From positions 64,001 to 128,000 of IMG/VR virus record IMGVR_UViG_3300010354_000044: DNA of 64,000 nt; one strand, given 5' to 3'. Below the pieces are notes generated by a model. The model made no database searches and was not told the origin of the DNA. It saw only the letters and a program-made list of their open reading frames with translations. Below, piece by piece: positions 44,640 through 54,986 of this stretch. The stretch comes from a virus. Position numbers and translations under genes: made by a program. Every line of letters starts with the position of its first letter. The first letter of the stretch is position 1.

Positions 44640-45296
44640 ATGAAAATATTTGAATCCTTAGTTAAACTCAGCAACTCCTGGGATGCCGATTTGGCTCAGA
44701 AGTTAGCTCTGCTTTACCTAGAAAGCCCCTGCCGCGCCGCTGAGCTGCATGAGATCGGGGTCAGCGATAGTTTGACCATATGGCTTCATTCTCAGGTTAC
44801 CTACGACCGCGGCGCGTGGGTAGACAAAAAGACTGGGTGTCGGTGCGCTGCTGTAAAAGATAATCATGATTATGATCTTTCCCTGCTAACTCAGCAGGCT
44901 GAAAATGGTTTACTGCATATAGCCAGTAGTGATATCGCAGGGGGCAGTCCTCTATGGTCATTGTCAACAAACGACATATCTCGTTTCATTTGTGTGCTCG
45001 GGCATATTAGGTATGGCATAGGGTTCAGCACCTCTGAAAAGTGCCTCCTATCTATCCTTATGGCGTCCGATTATCGGCAATGGGTTGCTGAAGACCGAAC
45101 ATGGGGTGGACACTGGGAACCCAAGCAAAGAAACTATGGCGCCCAGGCCCTATTGTCTGAGATTGGGCTGCAGGCTGTTACTTTAGATTGGCTAGGGAGG
45201 CCTGAGAAGAGCCGGGAGCATCCGAGGACCAAAGAAATGATGGTCTACTCCCACAAAGTTGTCCTTCCCGAAGCACTACCAACAGGACTCCTCTAA
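44640..45296 (+). CDS. Hypothetical protein
   Basis: 218-aa ORF. Confidence 0.7.
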   Translation: MKIFESLVKLSNSWDADLAQKLALLYLESPCRAAELHEIGVSDSLTIWLHSQVTYDRGAWVDKKTGCRCAAVKDNHDYDLSLLTQQAENGLLHIASSDIAGGSPLWSLSTNDISRFICVLGHIRYGIGFSTSEKCLLSILMASDYRQWVAEDRTWGGHWEPKQRNYGAQALLSEIGLQAVTLDWLGRPEKSREHPRTKEMMVYSHKVVLPEALPTGLL

Positions 45297-45371
45297 TACT
45301 TTAAGACATCATGTTCAAAAAGCTAATCATACTTATTCTCCTGTTCATCGCCCTTTTAACAGACACTTCCA

Positions 45372-45710
45372 ATGGAAAATAATGAAAGCGTGGTAGAGCT
45401 AATGGAAATATACGGGGGCTTGTCCAAGCTGCGACCGATTCTTAAAGACGTTCCGCCTGAAAAGTGGGAAGGTCTGATAGAAGCAGCCCGGTATACAATA
45501 GAACTTCGCAAAGAGCTAGAAGAAAGTTCCATTCCTCATGAGGAATGGGGAGGCGCTATAGAGGCTTGCAAGATCCTTCTAGATCTAAAACGTTCTTACA
45601 AGGGCGGAAGTCTAGTTGAGGCCCTTAGCCGTAATCGCAGCCGGATAGCTAACTTAGATACACAATACCAAGCTTGGCTTCTAAGAAACGTTACTATGCT
45701 GATTGATTGA
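45372..45710 (+). CDS. Hypothetical protein with internal W.G.IEA repeat
   Basis: PPEKWEGLIEA / PHEEWGGAIEA. Confidence 0.65.
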   Translation: MENNESVVELMEIYGGLSKLRPILKDVPPEKWEGLIEAARYTIELRKELEESSIPHEEWGGAIEACKILLDLKRSYKGGSLVEALSRNRSRIANLDTQYQAWLLRNVTMLID

Positions 45711-45823
45711 GCTCAATCGTTTTCAGAAGTTAATTGTAGGAGAATCAATTTAAAAGTTTTAAAGAATAGTTGTCTTTTTTAACTTACGTGTGTTAAGGTA
45801 GAAAGACCTTACTCTAGATAGCC

Positions 45824-46956
45824 GTGTACAAACAAAAACGTAAGCCCAAGAAGAGAGAAGTTGGTCGGCACAGCCCCGGCGCTCAGTCTCGGCTGGATAA
45901 GTTTGTACAGACCCATAGAGCAGAGAAGGAAGCTAATCCTCTGCCCTTGGATTTCTACCGCCCTATTTATCTCCCCAATAACTTCTGGGAGACTCTACGC
46001 AGCTACGGCAATCTGTACGTGTACGCACGTATGCTAGATAAAAAGGGCGCAGGGGTTGTTACCTTTAATACGGACTTTGCAGCGGGCGAGCTCTACATGA
46101 TGCCCCGGACGTGCAAAGATTATATCCGCACCTGCCTGCGGAAAGGTTTGTTTAGGCATATAGAGTGGTTAGACAAAACGACCGTCAAGGTCTATTACAA
46201 CTCTATGCCTAAGCTAATGTTGGGCTTAGAAGCAGAGTCCAACACTGAGATTCTCTTGGAGAGTCCGGAGGACATCCTGAGAAAAAAGTCCTGATTCCTG
46301 AGGATAGTGTCCTCAGGAAGCAGGAACAGAGTCAGTTTCGCGCTCAGCAGGAGCTGCGCACTAAGCTGCAGCAAAAGCTGAAAGACGAACTAAACGTAAG
46401 AAAGTTAGGTGCTGAAGGAGAAGAGCATGTAGAAAAAGAGTTTAAGGACCAAATGCTCACGCTTGCCGACTTCTTTAGAAAACCCTCTGTTAATGCCGGG
46501 GGCACTGTTTTGAAGAGGAAAAGTAAACGCCGAAAACGGCGGAATAAAGCTCTTATTTATCGCGGCAAGCGGTTCACGTTGGCGCATCCAGACGCCCCTC
46601 TGTTTGGAGCTACCCAGAAGGCGATCGGCTTAGAGATAGGCCGGGCCCGCAAGACTGTATCCCGACGGCTATCTAATAGCTATCGGGAGAAAGTGGCAAA
46701 GAAATATAAGATCACTATCAAACCCCTTCAGCGCACCCAGGTGTTAATCCATTTGGGTGATGCCGCTGCTGCAGAACAGGCCCAGCGAGAGTCGCTTGAG
46801 CGCCTCCCGATTGCGGTCTACAACGATAAATCTTATATTTGCCGGCCTAACGTCTACAAGGGGACAGCAGAGACACCAAGAAGCCAACGGCGGGTGCGTC
46901 AGCACCTTCGCCAACTTGAAGCTAAGCTACAAAAGCGTAGCTCCGATGATGCTTGA
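45824..46956 (+). CDS. Basic HTH DNA-binding (possibly replication-initiator) protein made by programmed -1 frameshift; ~377-aa fusion and 156-aa short form
   Basis: A AAA AAG at 46282-46288; -1 frame open 46249-46956; HTH ATQKAIGLEIGRARKTVSRRL. Confidence 0.75.
46267..46319 (+). promoter_or_regulatory. dnaX-type -1 ribosomal frameshift signal
   Basis: GGAGG - 10 nt - AAAAAAG - 6 nt - TTCCTGAGGA/TCCTCAGGAA 10-bp stem. Confidence 0.85.
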
Positions 46957-47014
46957 TTTTATCAAGCGTTGCTTCTTGGGTTTGGTTGCTTCAACACTAG
47001 CGCCCCTCCGCTAG

Positions 47015-47340
47015 GTTGTAGCAGCGAAGCGAAAAATTTATTGAAATAATATTTTCTTCGCTTCGCTGCTGGATTTTCAGCTCCGCCAGTTTTTTTTGGT
47101 GAGCTGCCCCGTGAAAAATTTTTTTATTATTTTTTTTTTGCGGGGCATGAAAGGGGGGTTATTCTTACACAAGGAAAAAGCTAGGGTATCCTTAGCTTGA
47201 TTTTTAGTGTAAAGTTATTTTTTATATTAATTTCGGGAATTAAGGGATTAAAGTTAAACCTATAGTTTTTGATAGGGGCTGCGCCCCTATCTTTTTTTTT
47301 GATTAACTTTCTAAATGTCCTTTAGAAGTTTGTATGGGTA
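47015..47340. other. AT-rich non-coding region with three GC-clamped inverted repeats; candidate replication origin
   Basis: Inverted repeats at 47020-47070, 47105-47147, 47271-47291; long T/A runs. Confidence 0.45.
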
Positions 47341-47354
47341 CAAACTGAATCAAC

Positions 47355-47753
47355 ATGTTCTATTCCTTTGAGTTATTCGGACCGCGCTTGCGCGCGTACG
47401 AGCAGAAATTAGCTGAGCTATCGCTGTATGACCCCCCAAGCCCCCCTTCCCCCCAAACCTCGGCAGAAGGACTTAGCGATACATCGCCCTTCCAGGAGGC
47501 TATTGATGCAGGATTAGCTATGCTAGACTGTATAAAACCAGCATCTACCGAAACCTACGGCCAACACTTTCTAAGCGTTGTCAAGCTAATAGTAAGAGCG
47601 CAGCAATACCCGCTGGCTTTACAACTCATTACAGATTACCGTTGCCCCGCTAAGTACATCTCGGGCGAACTAAAGACTTTAAAGGAAGCTATCAACACAT
47701 GTCTTACTTCACCGGCTACAGACAACGACTGCAGCTCAACCATCAGAACTTAG
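47355..47753 (+). CDS. Hypothetical protein
   Basis: ORF. Confidence 0.6.
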   Translation: MFYSFELFGPRLRAYEQKLAELSLYDPPSPPSPQTSAEGLSDTSPFQEAIDAGLAMLDCIKPASTETYGQHFLSVVKLIVRAQQYPLALQLITDYRCPAKYISGELKTLKEAINTCLTSPATDNDCSSTIRT

Positions 47754-48220
47754 TAGAGCTCGCGTTGCAGTTAACCCAGGAAGGCCTTCGGGTGCAGTAT
47801 TATCTCCCTTCTGGTAGGACTCTCTTAAGCTCTCTGCGCGTCATTGACGGCGAGGAGTATCAACATCGGGTATCCAAAGAAGGACATTACTACTGGTATA
47901 AGATCTTCGTCAATGCCGTGCGTATTCAATTCAACACAGTCCCATACCGGTGGACATTTGAATACGATACGATCCCAGACTACCAGCACGGCTCTAGCAC
48001 TACCGGGAAAGAATTTATCGTAAATCCTTTATGTGGGGGCCGTCCTGGGTATGCCGACTGGAATAGGTTACCCTTTAGCGTGCAAGACGTTAAGGACAAT
48101 CTCCGGCCCTTCTACCTGCGTAATATCGGTGATCGCCAGCCTGGAATCCTTGATTATGTAGACCTTGTTCCACAAATGCCCGTAAACTTTAATGAAATCA
48201 AAGGAAGCTATGATGTGTAG
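47699..48220 (+). CDS. Hypothetical protein
   Basis: ORF. Confidence 0.65.
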   Translation: MSYFTGYRQRLQLNHQNLVELALQLTQEGLRVQYYLPSGRTLLSSLRVIDGEEYQHRVSKEGHYYWYKIFVNAVRIQFNTVPYRWTFEYDTIPDYQHGSSTTGKEFIVNPLCGGRPGYADWNRLPFSVQDVKDNLRPFYLRNIGDRQPGILDYVDLVPQMPVNFNEIKGSYDV

Positions 48221-48838
48221 AATGACTAAAAGGCAACTACGAAAGATCAACCTATATTACTGTGTTTCTGCATCTCTTGTAATCTTACTTGCATTACTCT
48301 TGCAGTCTCCAATATCTAACCCGCTGACTCCCTTCCTAATTTCAGCAGTCTTTGTAGTTGGCATTTGGCTCTGGTTCATGAACCTGTTTGTCCGCTAACT
48401 TTCTAAACCCTACCCCGAGGAAAATAACAATATACAATGCCTAAAAAACAAGTACGCGCATTCAATAACTATTACCTCGCTTTTGCAACTCCCGTGCTTT
48501 TACTCGGGCTGCTTCTGCAGTCCGCAATAGGATTTAATGCCGTAACCGTTATCGTAACCATGGCAGTCGCCATAATAGGCGTTTGGCTATTGCTCAAAAA
48601 TTTGTAGAGTCAGCGTCGGAAGGATGTCACTAATTTAGAAGCGCTTAAAGGTAACAAAGTGAATAGAAAACAACTACGGACAATCACACAATATTACATC
48701 TTCTTTGCAGGGCCTGTAATTAGCTTCTCAGCACTGCGGTACGTACTAGCAGGCCCTGATTTAAGCTTTATCGTCATACCCTTGTTAGTGATTCTAATAG
48801 GCCTTTGGGTCTTGTTTCTAAACCTAAAAGCTCGCTAA
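48192..48838 (+). CDS. Three tandem paralogous 2-TM mini-proteins (48192..48398, 48437..48607, 48659..48838)
   Basis: N-termini KRQLRKINLYY / KKQVRAFNNYY / RKQLRTITQYY; C-terminal IG.W. Confidence 0.7.
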
Positions 48839-48865
48839 TTGTCTAAACCCTACCCCAAGGAAAAT

Positions 48866-51061
48866 ATGGCTACCATCAACCTGCTACCTAATTACCTTTA
48901 CCTCGCGTCAGGGCCCTCGGCGTCGGGTAAGAGCACAGCACTTAAGGGCCTGCCTGCAGGGGTAGTGGTGTCCTCAGACAGCTTGAGAACCCAAATATTC
49001 GGTCTTGAAGCTGATACTGTAGAGGGTAACCTACTAGCCCCTCCTAGCCTAAGACCCCGCCCTGTCAACGATAGCTTTATCTTTGACACCATGAGACAGA
49101 TCGTGGAGGCCCGTCTTAAAGCAGGACTGACAACAGTCGTAGACGCAACTTTGTTAACCGACCGTGACCGCAAGCAGTTCGTGGATATAGCTGCTAGCTA
49201 CAACGTCCCTGTTCAGATTTTGATCTGGGATGTTCCCGCCGAGCAGCTGACTACTAGAGATGCAGATCGTCAGTTCCGGGTAGGGGCTGAGGTTATCCAG
49301 CGACAACTGGAGCGCTTTGAGCGTACATCCCAGTACTCCTATATTGTAGACGACTACTTTGAGCTTGAAATAGCTCACCTAACAGTAGCTAGTAGCGTAG
49401 AACTGGATTTCGTGGGTGACATCCACGGCTGCTACGACCAGTTAATAGAACTGATTGAAAAGCTAGGCTATGTTATTGGCGAGGACGGTATTGCTAGGTA
49501 TGCTGGTAATGAGCCCCGGCGTCTGTGCTTTTTGGGCGACTATGTAGACCGAGGGCCCAAGTCCTTAGAGGTACTCAAATTCATTTACCGGAATACGCCT
49601 ACGCATTGGGCGTTGCTGGGGAACCATGATAGTAACCTTCTCAAGGGGTTGCTAGGAAAACCCGTAACCTCCAAGGCCACACAGGAGACCCTCCATGAAG
49701 TGATGGTCGCCAAGGCGGAGAAGTGGGTTACAGAGCTACTGACCTCACTGCCTCGTTATCTAACCTGGCGGAATGTCGTTATTTGCCATGCCGACATCCA
49801 GAGGCTTAACTTACCTCAGGAGACAACTCAGTGCGTTTACGGTTGTAGTAAACTGAACAGGCCTATAAACGCCGATGAAATCTGGAGTAAGACTGAGAAG
49901 CGCCTGCTTATCCGCGGTCACTTTACTCCTGACCACGAGTACGATAACGTCATTACCCTGGACGGTAATCCGGGCTATGGCGGTACTATTAAAGCAGGGC
50001 GTTTTGCTGTTGCTCAAGTTGCGGGTCGGAAGCATGATAACTTCTTAATCCAGCAATGGATTGAATTCTCATTAGGGCCTACGGAAGATTATGAAGAACG
50101 CAAGAAGACTGTAATAGGTTTTCGCCTTGCCGCTATGCCAAAAGAGTTGGTTAGCACGGCTACATCGCCTTGCGGCCACCTCAAGCTGTTTAAATACACG
50201 CCTAATGCCTTTAGACAGTCCTTTAAATCTGAAGGGCCTTGGCTGGAGTACCCTGACCTTAAGTACGCCCGAGGCCTTGTCGTAGGCCTTAACCACCAAC
50301 CGGTGAACACGGTCTTTCCTAAAATTCCTAGTTACACCGAAGGAATTGATCCGAGCAAGCAGGTGATTGCCGCGACAAAGTTGAACGGCTTTCTCCTAGC
50401 TACATTCAGACATCCTTACAAAGAGGATGTGGTCTTCACTACTACCGGGTCGTTTGACTCTGAGTACGTAAAGATGGGCCGTGCATTGTTCTACAAGCAC
50501 GCAAAACAGTCTCGGCAGCAGCTCCTAAACAGCCCGGGATTGACATTCTTGTGGGAGGTTATAGACCCTAATAAAGACCAAAATGTCCACCCTATTGCCT
50601 CGTCCGCAGGCATCTACCTAATTGCTGTAGGGCAAAATGGGGTAATCCTCCCCGAGGAGGAGATGCAAAGCTACGCCGGCAACTTGAATGTCAACTGTGC
50701 CAGTCATGTACAGACTGACTTCGGGTCAGTCCTAGAAATGGCCCGCACCAGCGACGGCGAGGGCTATATGATTAGGGACTTGGAAGGTAACTACCTTGCA
50801 AAGCTCAAATCACCGTTTTACCTGACTGTCAAGAAGTTTATGCGTCTATCGCCAAAGGCGGGCGCACAGCTCTTTAACGACCCTATTAATTTCAACTTTG
50901 AGTATATTTGGCAGCAGTGCATGGACAACCCTTATGCCAACGACCTTTATACCCGGCAGACAGCTATCGCCGAAGCTATCCGAACACACTTTTCCTGTGA
51001 AACTTGGCAACAAGCAGATAGTTTAACCCGTAGAGAATTTCTCTATCGCATGTTAAGCTAA
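48866..51061 (+). CDS. Polynucleotide kinase-phosphatase-ligase (Pnkp-like RNA repair enzyme)
   Basis: GPSASGKST..VSSD..VDAT kinase; GDIHG, GDYVDRG, LGNHD metallophosphoesterase; KLNG, WEVI, EGY, KLK ligase motifs. Confidence 0.88.
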   Translation: MATINLLPNYLYLASGPSASGKSTALKGLPAGVVVSSDSLRTQIFGLEADTVEGNLLAPPSLRPRPVNDSFIFDTMRQIVEARLKAGLTTVVDATLLTDRDRKQFVDIAASYNVPVQILIWDVPAEQLTTRDADRQFRVGAEVIQRQLERFERTSQYSYIVDDYFELEIAHLTVASSVELDFVGDIHGCYDQLIELIEKLGYVIGEDGIARYAGNEPRRLCFLGDYVDRGPKSLEVLKFIYRNTPTHWALLGNHDSNLLKGLLGKPVTSKATQETLHEVMVAKAEKWVTELLTSLPRYLTWRNVVICHADIQRLNLPQETTQCVYGCSKLNRPINADEIWSKTEKRLLIRGHFTPDHEYDNVITLDGNPGYGGTIKAGRFAVAQVAGRKHDNFLIQQWIEFSLGPTEDYEERKKTVIGFRLAAMPKELVSTATSPCGHLKLFKYTPNAFRQSFKSEGPWLEYPDLKYARGLVVGLNHQPVNTVFPKIPSYTEGIDPSKQVIAATKLNGFLLATFRHPYKEDVVFTTTGSFDSEYVKMGRALFYKHAKQSRQQLLNSPGLTFLWEVIDPNKDQNVHPIASSAGIYLIAVGQNGVILPEEEMQSYAGNLNVNCASHVQTDFGSVLEMARTSDGEGYMIRDLEGNYLAKLKSPFYLTVKKFMRLSPKAGAQLFNDPINFNFEYIWQQCMDNPYANDLYTRQTAIAEAIRTHFSCETWQQADSLTRREFLYRMLS

Positions 51062-51065
51062 TAGT

Positions 51066-51899
51066 GTGGAGTTGTGGACAGATCCAAGGGGTGGGGCAAC
51101 TCACCCTTTTTCTTATTATTTTTTAGCAGCCATGACATTTCTAGATTATGTCGTCCCCACAACCGACTCTTTATGGGTTGTAGTTGACTGGGACCGTTAT
51201 GGTGTCCCCCATGTCTATGGGGTACAAAATTACTTCGTAGCCCAAGAGTTAAGGGGTCTCCTTTATAGCAGTAACTTGGCTGCGGCTGCCCAGTATCAAA
51301 CGCTGACAAGAAGCCAAACACCAGGCCCAGTATACGAACCCGAGACTTATATATTGCCTACCTTAAGTCTCGGGTTATTGAAAGCTACTAGTGACTATTC
51401 TGATCAGATAGATACTATTATCTGTGAGTCCCGAATACAGCCCCGGGTTACCGCAGCCTTCACGCAAGATCTAAATCGCCAGTGCGTAACGTTTCAGCGT
51501 AGTTTTGCACCTTTACAGGCTGCAATTGAAGAAGCAAGGTCTGGTTTAACTTACACGCTACACCAGGAAGGGACTGGAGTGGATAGGCATTTCCAAGTCT
51601 TGGATATGAGTAGGAGGAATGCTTATATGCTAGAAGCTCTAGTGAACCATAATGTTTCTTTTTTACAGAAACAGGAATTAGAGGAGCTTAGTTGCCTGCC
51701 TGAATTATTAGTCTTAGCCTGCGCGTCTAAATTCCAGGAAGCTAAAACCCTTTTGGGCTTTATCTATGGACCCAACGTCCGCTGGCCTGATGGCGAGACA
51801 GACATAGTTAAAGCATACCCAGTAGGTACCCACTTTTCTGTAGTGACAAAACCCGGGCTGCAGATTTACACCTCGCCGGGGGATCTTCTTCAACTTTAG
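51066..51899 (+). CDS. Hypothetical protein
   Basis: Long ORF; start uncertain. Confidence 0.65.
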   Translation: MELWTDPRGGATHPFSYYFLAAMTFLDYVVPTTDSLWVVVDWDRYGVPHVYGVQNYFVAQELRGLLYSSNLAAAAQYQTLTRSQTPGPVYEPETYILPTLSLGLLKATSDYSDQIDTIICESRIQPRVTAAFTQDLNRQCVTFQRSFAPLQAAIEEARSGLTYTLHQEGTGVDRHFQVLDMSRRNAYMLEALVNHNVSFLQKQELEELSCLPELLVLACASKFQEAKTLLGFIYGPNVRWPDGETDIVKAYPVGTHFSVVTKPGLQIYTSPGDLLQL

Positions 51900-52149
51900 T
51901 ATCGTACAAGGTTTGAGTATGACCTATGTATTTCGCCTGAAAGGCTCTTCGTACTTGTGTCACCCCGACACTGGGGAGTTATGTCAATTCCGGTCTGAGC
52001 TAGAGGCCTATGCCTACGCTGAGAGCCGCGGCATAGAGGGGGAAGCTATAAGGCTGAGTCAGAGTAGCTATAAGCACCAAAAGCCCTGCGTCAACATGAC
52101 GTACATGGAAGCTATCCCAGTTCATATCGTCAATAGGGTAATTTAGCCT

Positions 52150-52332
52150 ATGAATAAAAATACAACCCCGATGGGAGAAGGGGGAGACCCTGAAGATAAA
52201 AGGGTAGAGCTTGATGTTTTCTTTACTCCGGAACAAAAGAGAAAGCTAGAAGAGATAGCTAAAGCTACCGGGCTTGAGACATGGGAAGTCGCCCATAAAA
52301 TGCTTGAGTTAAATATGAACGATAGAAATTAG
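52150..52332 (+). CDS. Small RHH-like protein
   Basis: VELDVFFTPEQKRKLEEIAKATG. Confidence 0.5.
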   Translation: MNKNTTPMGEGGDPEDKRVELDVFFTPEQKRKLEEIAKATGLETWEVAHKMLELNMNDRN

Positions 52333-52341
52333 GAGGTAACG

Positions 52342-52788
52342 ATGAAGCTTGACTTAATTCAACGAGGACAATTTAGAGTACAAGAATGGAAGAAGGGGGT
52401 AGATAACGTAGTTTGCTTTGACTACATGGGTAGTTCAGAGTTTGAGGGTGAAGCATTAGGCGCTAGCCTCAAAACTATCAGGGATAATATAGAAGCTTAC
52501 AATCTTACAATCCAACAAGTTTCTGCTTATGGAAAGCAGATTAGTTACTTCCTATTCGCTCCAAAAGCGAATGAAGGAGAAATTGTTGAGGGTATCAAGC
52601 AAATAGCTTTGGATAAAGTGCATTTGAAAGAAGTAGCCTATTTTGATGCAGCCTGTGGGAATATTACTTGGCTTACTCCAAGAAACCTACCGAACTTGTG
52701 GTGGGATATTAAGAACCATTTTATATGGTGGTTACCCCATGAGCTGCAGGATGAATTTATGGCCGCGCTAAGGAACGGTGGGGCATGA
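52342..52788 (+). CDS. Phage hypothetical protein (FDYMGSSEFE motif)
   Basis: SD AGGAGGT. Confidence 0.75.
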   Translation: MKLDLIQRGQFRVQEWKKGVDNVVCFDYMGSSEFEGEALGASLKTIRDNIEAYNLTIQQVSAYGKQISYFLFAPKANEGEIVEGIKQIALDKVHLKEVAYFDAACGNITWLTPRNLPNLWWDIKNHFIWWLPHELQDEFMAALRNGGA

Positions 52789-53213
52789 ATGCTGGACTAC
52801 CTAGCAATATGGTAATAGGTTTAATTCTACCTCTGCGGCTAATCAGCCTAGGCTATCCAGCAGGGAATTGGTTTATTGATTTTAGCCCTCAAGCATGCTT
52901 ACTAGCTAAGGTAGACTGGCCTGAGTTCTTCCGTCAGACAGGTATTCAGTTAATCCCGGAAACTTTCGGGGAAAGATTCCTCTTCCGTGATTTGCAGAGA
53001 GGTACCTTAGAGCTTAATGAAATCCTGGACGCTTTGGCCACACCAGTACACGGCCTTACTGGGGTTATTGTGCGGCTTGATGTAGCGAAACTCCCAGACG
53101 ACAAAGCCTGTTATAAATACCAATGGACTTATTTCTATGGGTATTGCGAGACTTTTGCGGGGCTTGACGGCGTGCTCCAATCGCTGGTTGAAAAGGCCAG
53201 TCAAGGGCAGTAA
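52785..53213 (+). CDS. Paralogue of 26511..26978
   Basis: Shared motifs over full length. Confidence 0.8.
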   Translation: MNAGLPSNMVIGLILPLRLISLGYPAGNWFIDFSPQACLLAKVDWPEFFRQTGIQLIPETFGERFLFRDLQRGTLELNEILDALATPVHGLTGVIVRLDVAKLPDDKACYKYQWTYFYGYCETFAGLDGVLQSLVEKASQGQ

Positions 53214-53227
53214 AATCTTTAGAACCC

Positions 53228-53566
53228 ATGGAATATATCTTCGGGACGTTTATAACAGGCGAAACGAGAATGGTTAATTACAAGATACTAACAGGGCCCC
53301 TTGCAGGGGAGGTTGCTGAAGAGGGGCAAATCCTAGATTTGGATTATAAGGACTTGCCCTTTGACTGGAAGCTTATGATTGTTGAATGGGCGGACGAGAA
53401 CCCTAAATACAAACGTATAGCCCCCCTTTCCTACCAGCAGTCACAAAGCGGACATCTAGTGCTTTTGGATGACATTAAGTCCGACTACGAGACTAGCTGG
53501 CAGACTAAAGAGACGGATAGTCCTCCTACTATACAGCCCGCTTCTAAGTGGGTGACTCAAGATTGA
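53228..53566 (+). CDS. Hypothetical protein
   Basis: ORF. Confidence 0.6.
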   Translation: MEYIFGTFITGETRMVNYKILTGPLAGEVAEEGQILDLDYKDLPFDWKLMIVEWADENPKYKRIAPLSYQQSQSGHLVLLDDIKSDYETSWQTKETDSPPTIQPASKWVTQD

Positions 53567-53872
53567 TAACCCTTTAACATTTTTACACCATGCTTGCACC
53601 AGCTATTTTACTTTTTGAAATCTACCCCAAGACCTACGTTAATCTCCGCGAGATTGCATCTATTGAGCGTGATCTTAATGACGCGACTATTTACTTATCA
53701 AACGGGAGGACTTATTGCGTTAGCCTTGGAATTCTTGAACTTATCATAAAAGAGATGACTGTAATTTCTCCTCGTGAGCCTGGCAAACGCCCGTCGGCAA
53801 TAGGGTAGCAGCTAAATCAAGACGGAAAGGTAGAATATTGATCTGCCCCTAACAAACAAAGGTTCTTATGAT

Positions 53873-54172
53873 ATGGAACAAGGTAACCCAGCCAACTACG
53901 ATCCAAATCGAGTAAGGCCGCATATGTGCGCTGTATGCCCCCACCGTGAAGGGTCGCCACTAGCTTCTCTGGTACCAAAATTAATAGAGGTGGCGCTTAC
54001 GGAAGCAAACCACTTCTGTCATCTTGAACAAACCCAAGGGCTTGATCCCACTATCCTGTGCCGCGGAACCCGGAAGTTGCAAATAGAGTTTTTCACTACC
54101 TTGGGTGTTCTAGACGAACCTACGGATGAGTGCTGGGAGCGTACATTAAAGGCCCTACAAGATTCCGAATAG
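53873..54172 (+). CDS. Cys/His zinc-binding protein
   Basis: CAVCP..FCH..LCRG. Confidence 0.65.
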   Translation: MEQGNPANYDPNRVRPHMCAVCPHREGSPLASLVPKLIEVALTEANHFCHLEQTQGLDPTILCRGTRKLQIEFFTTLGVLDEPTDECWERTLKALQDSE

Positions 54173-54230
54173 TTTGCTTATCAGAAAAACAACAGAACAG
54201 GATTAACTCACTATTTACGGGACGTTACCT

Positions 54231-54746
54231 ATGAACAATGAAGAAATTTATAATACTTTAAACGCCTGGCTCTATAAAGAGATGTCCCTTACCAAACAGG
54301 AAATTGTTAAAATCCTTCATAGTTCTTTAAATGCCTGGGAGTATAAAGGGATGGATCTTACCAAAGAGGACATTGTTGCTATGCGGAAGCAGTGGGAGGC
54401 AATTAAGTTTGATACTCCCGAGTTCTTGCAAAATAGGATTGATAAAAAATTTGCTCACATCGCTCACATCCAAGCCCCCAAAAGCTTTGCGAGTCACGAT
54501 AATCTTGAATGCTTTGTTCACGATGTAAACGAGGCGCTAGAACGCTTTGCACCTGAATTCCTACGTGGCACCTATAAAAAGGTGAAATCACAGTATGTTT
54601 ACGAAAAGGATGATCTTAAGATATCTGCGAAACACATCTACGAGGGTATTTACGTTCTTGTAATATGGAAAGAAGGCGAATATATAAGTTCTGATATACA
54701 GGGTGCCGTTTCTAAATGGGCAGAGGATTACCATTATCATGAATAA
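54231..54746 (+). CDS. Hypothetical protein with internal LNAW.YK.M.LTK repeat
   Basis: Internal repeat; C-half paralogous to 21923. Confidence 0.7.
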   Translation: MNNEEIYNTLNAWLYKEMSLTKQEIVKILHSSLNAWEYKGMDLTKEDIVAMRKQWEAIKFDTPEFLQNRIDKKFAHIAHIQAPKSFASHDNLECFVHDVNEALERFAPEFLRGTYKKVKSQYVYEKDDLKISAKHIYEGIYVLVIWKEGEYISSDIQGAVSKWAEDYHYHE

Positions 54747-54986
54747 GGAGGCGTTCACAAGCGCTGTCCACGAAAAGATCGGCTACCATGCCGGTGATGA
54801 AATTATGCCCGATGGTGGGGGTTTTTATTATTTCCGATGGAACCGAAGACAAACGGACAACAACCTAATTGTTGGCTATAAACCCAACAAACCAGAGGTT
54901 AGGTGGCTTGTTTACGAAAGTACCAAACCCATCAAGCTTGGATGGGGTCCGACCATAGATGCCGCTTTTACAAAAGCAGGATTATC

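Noticed and set aside
45824-46956. IS3-family transposase or pseudogene
   Set aside because: No DDE domain or terminal inverted repeats, and the complete frameshift signal argues against random decay
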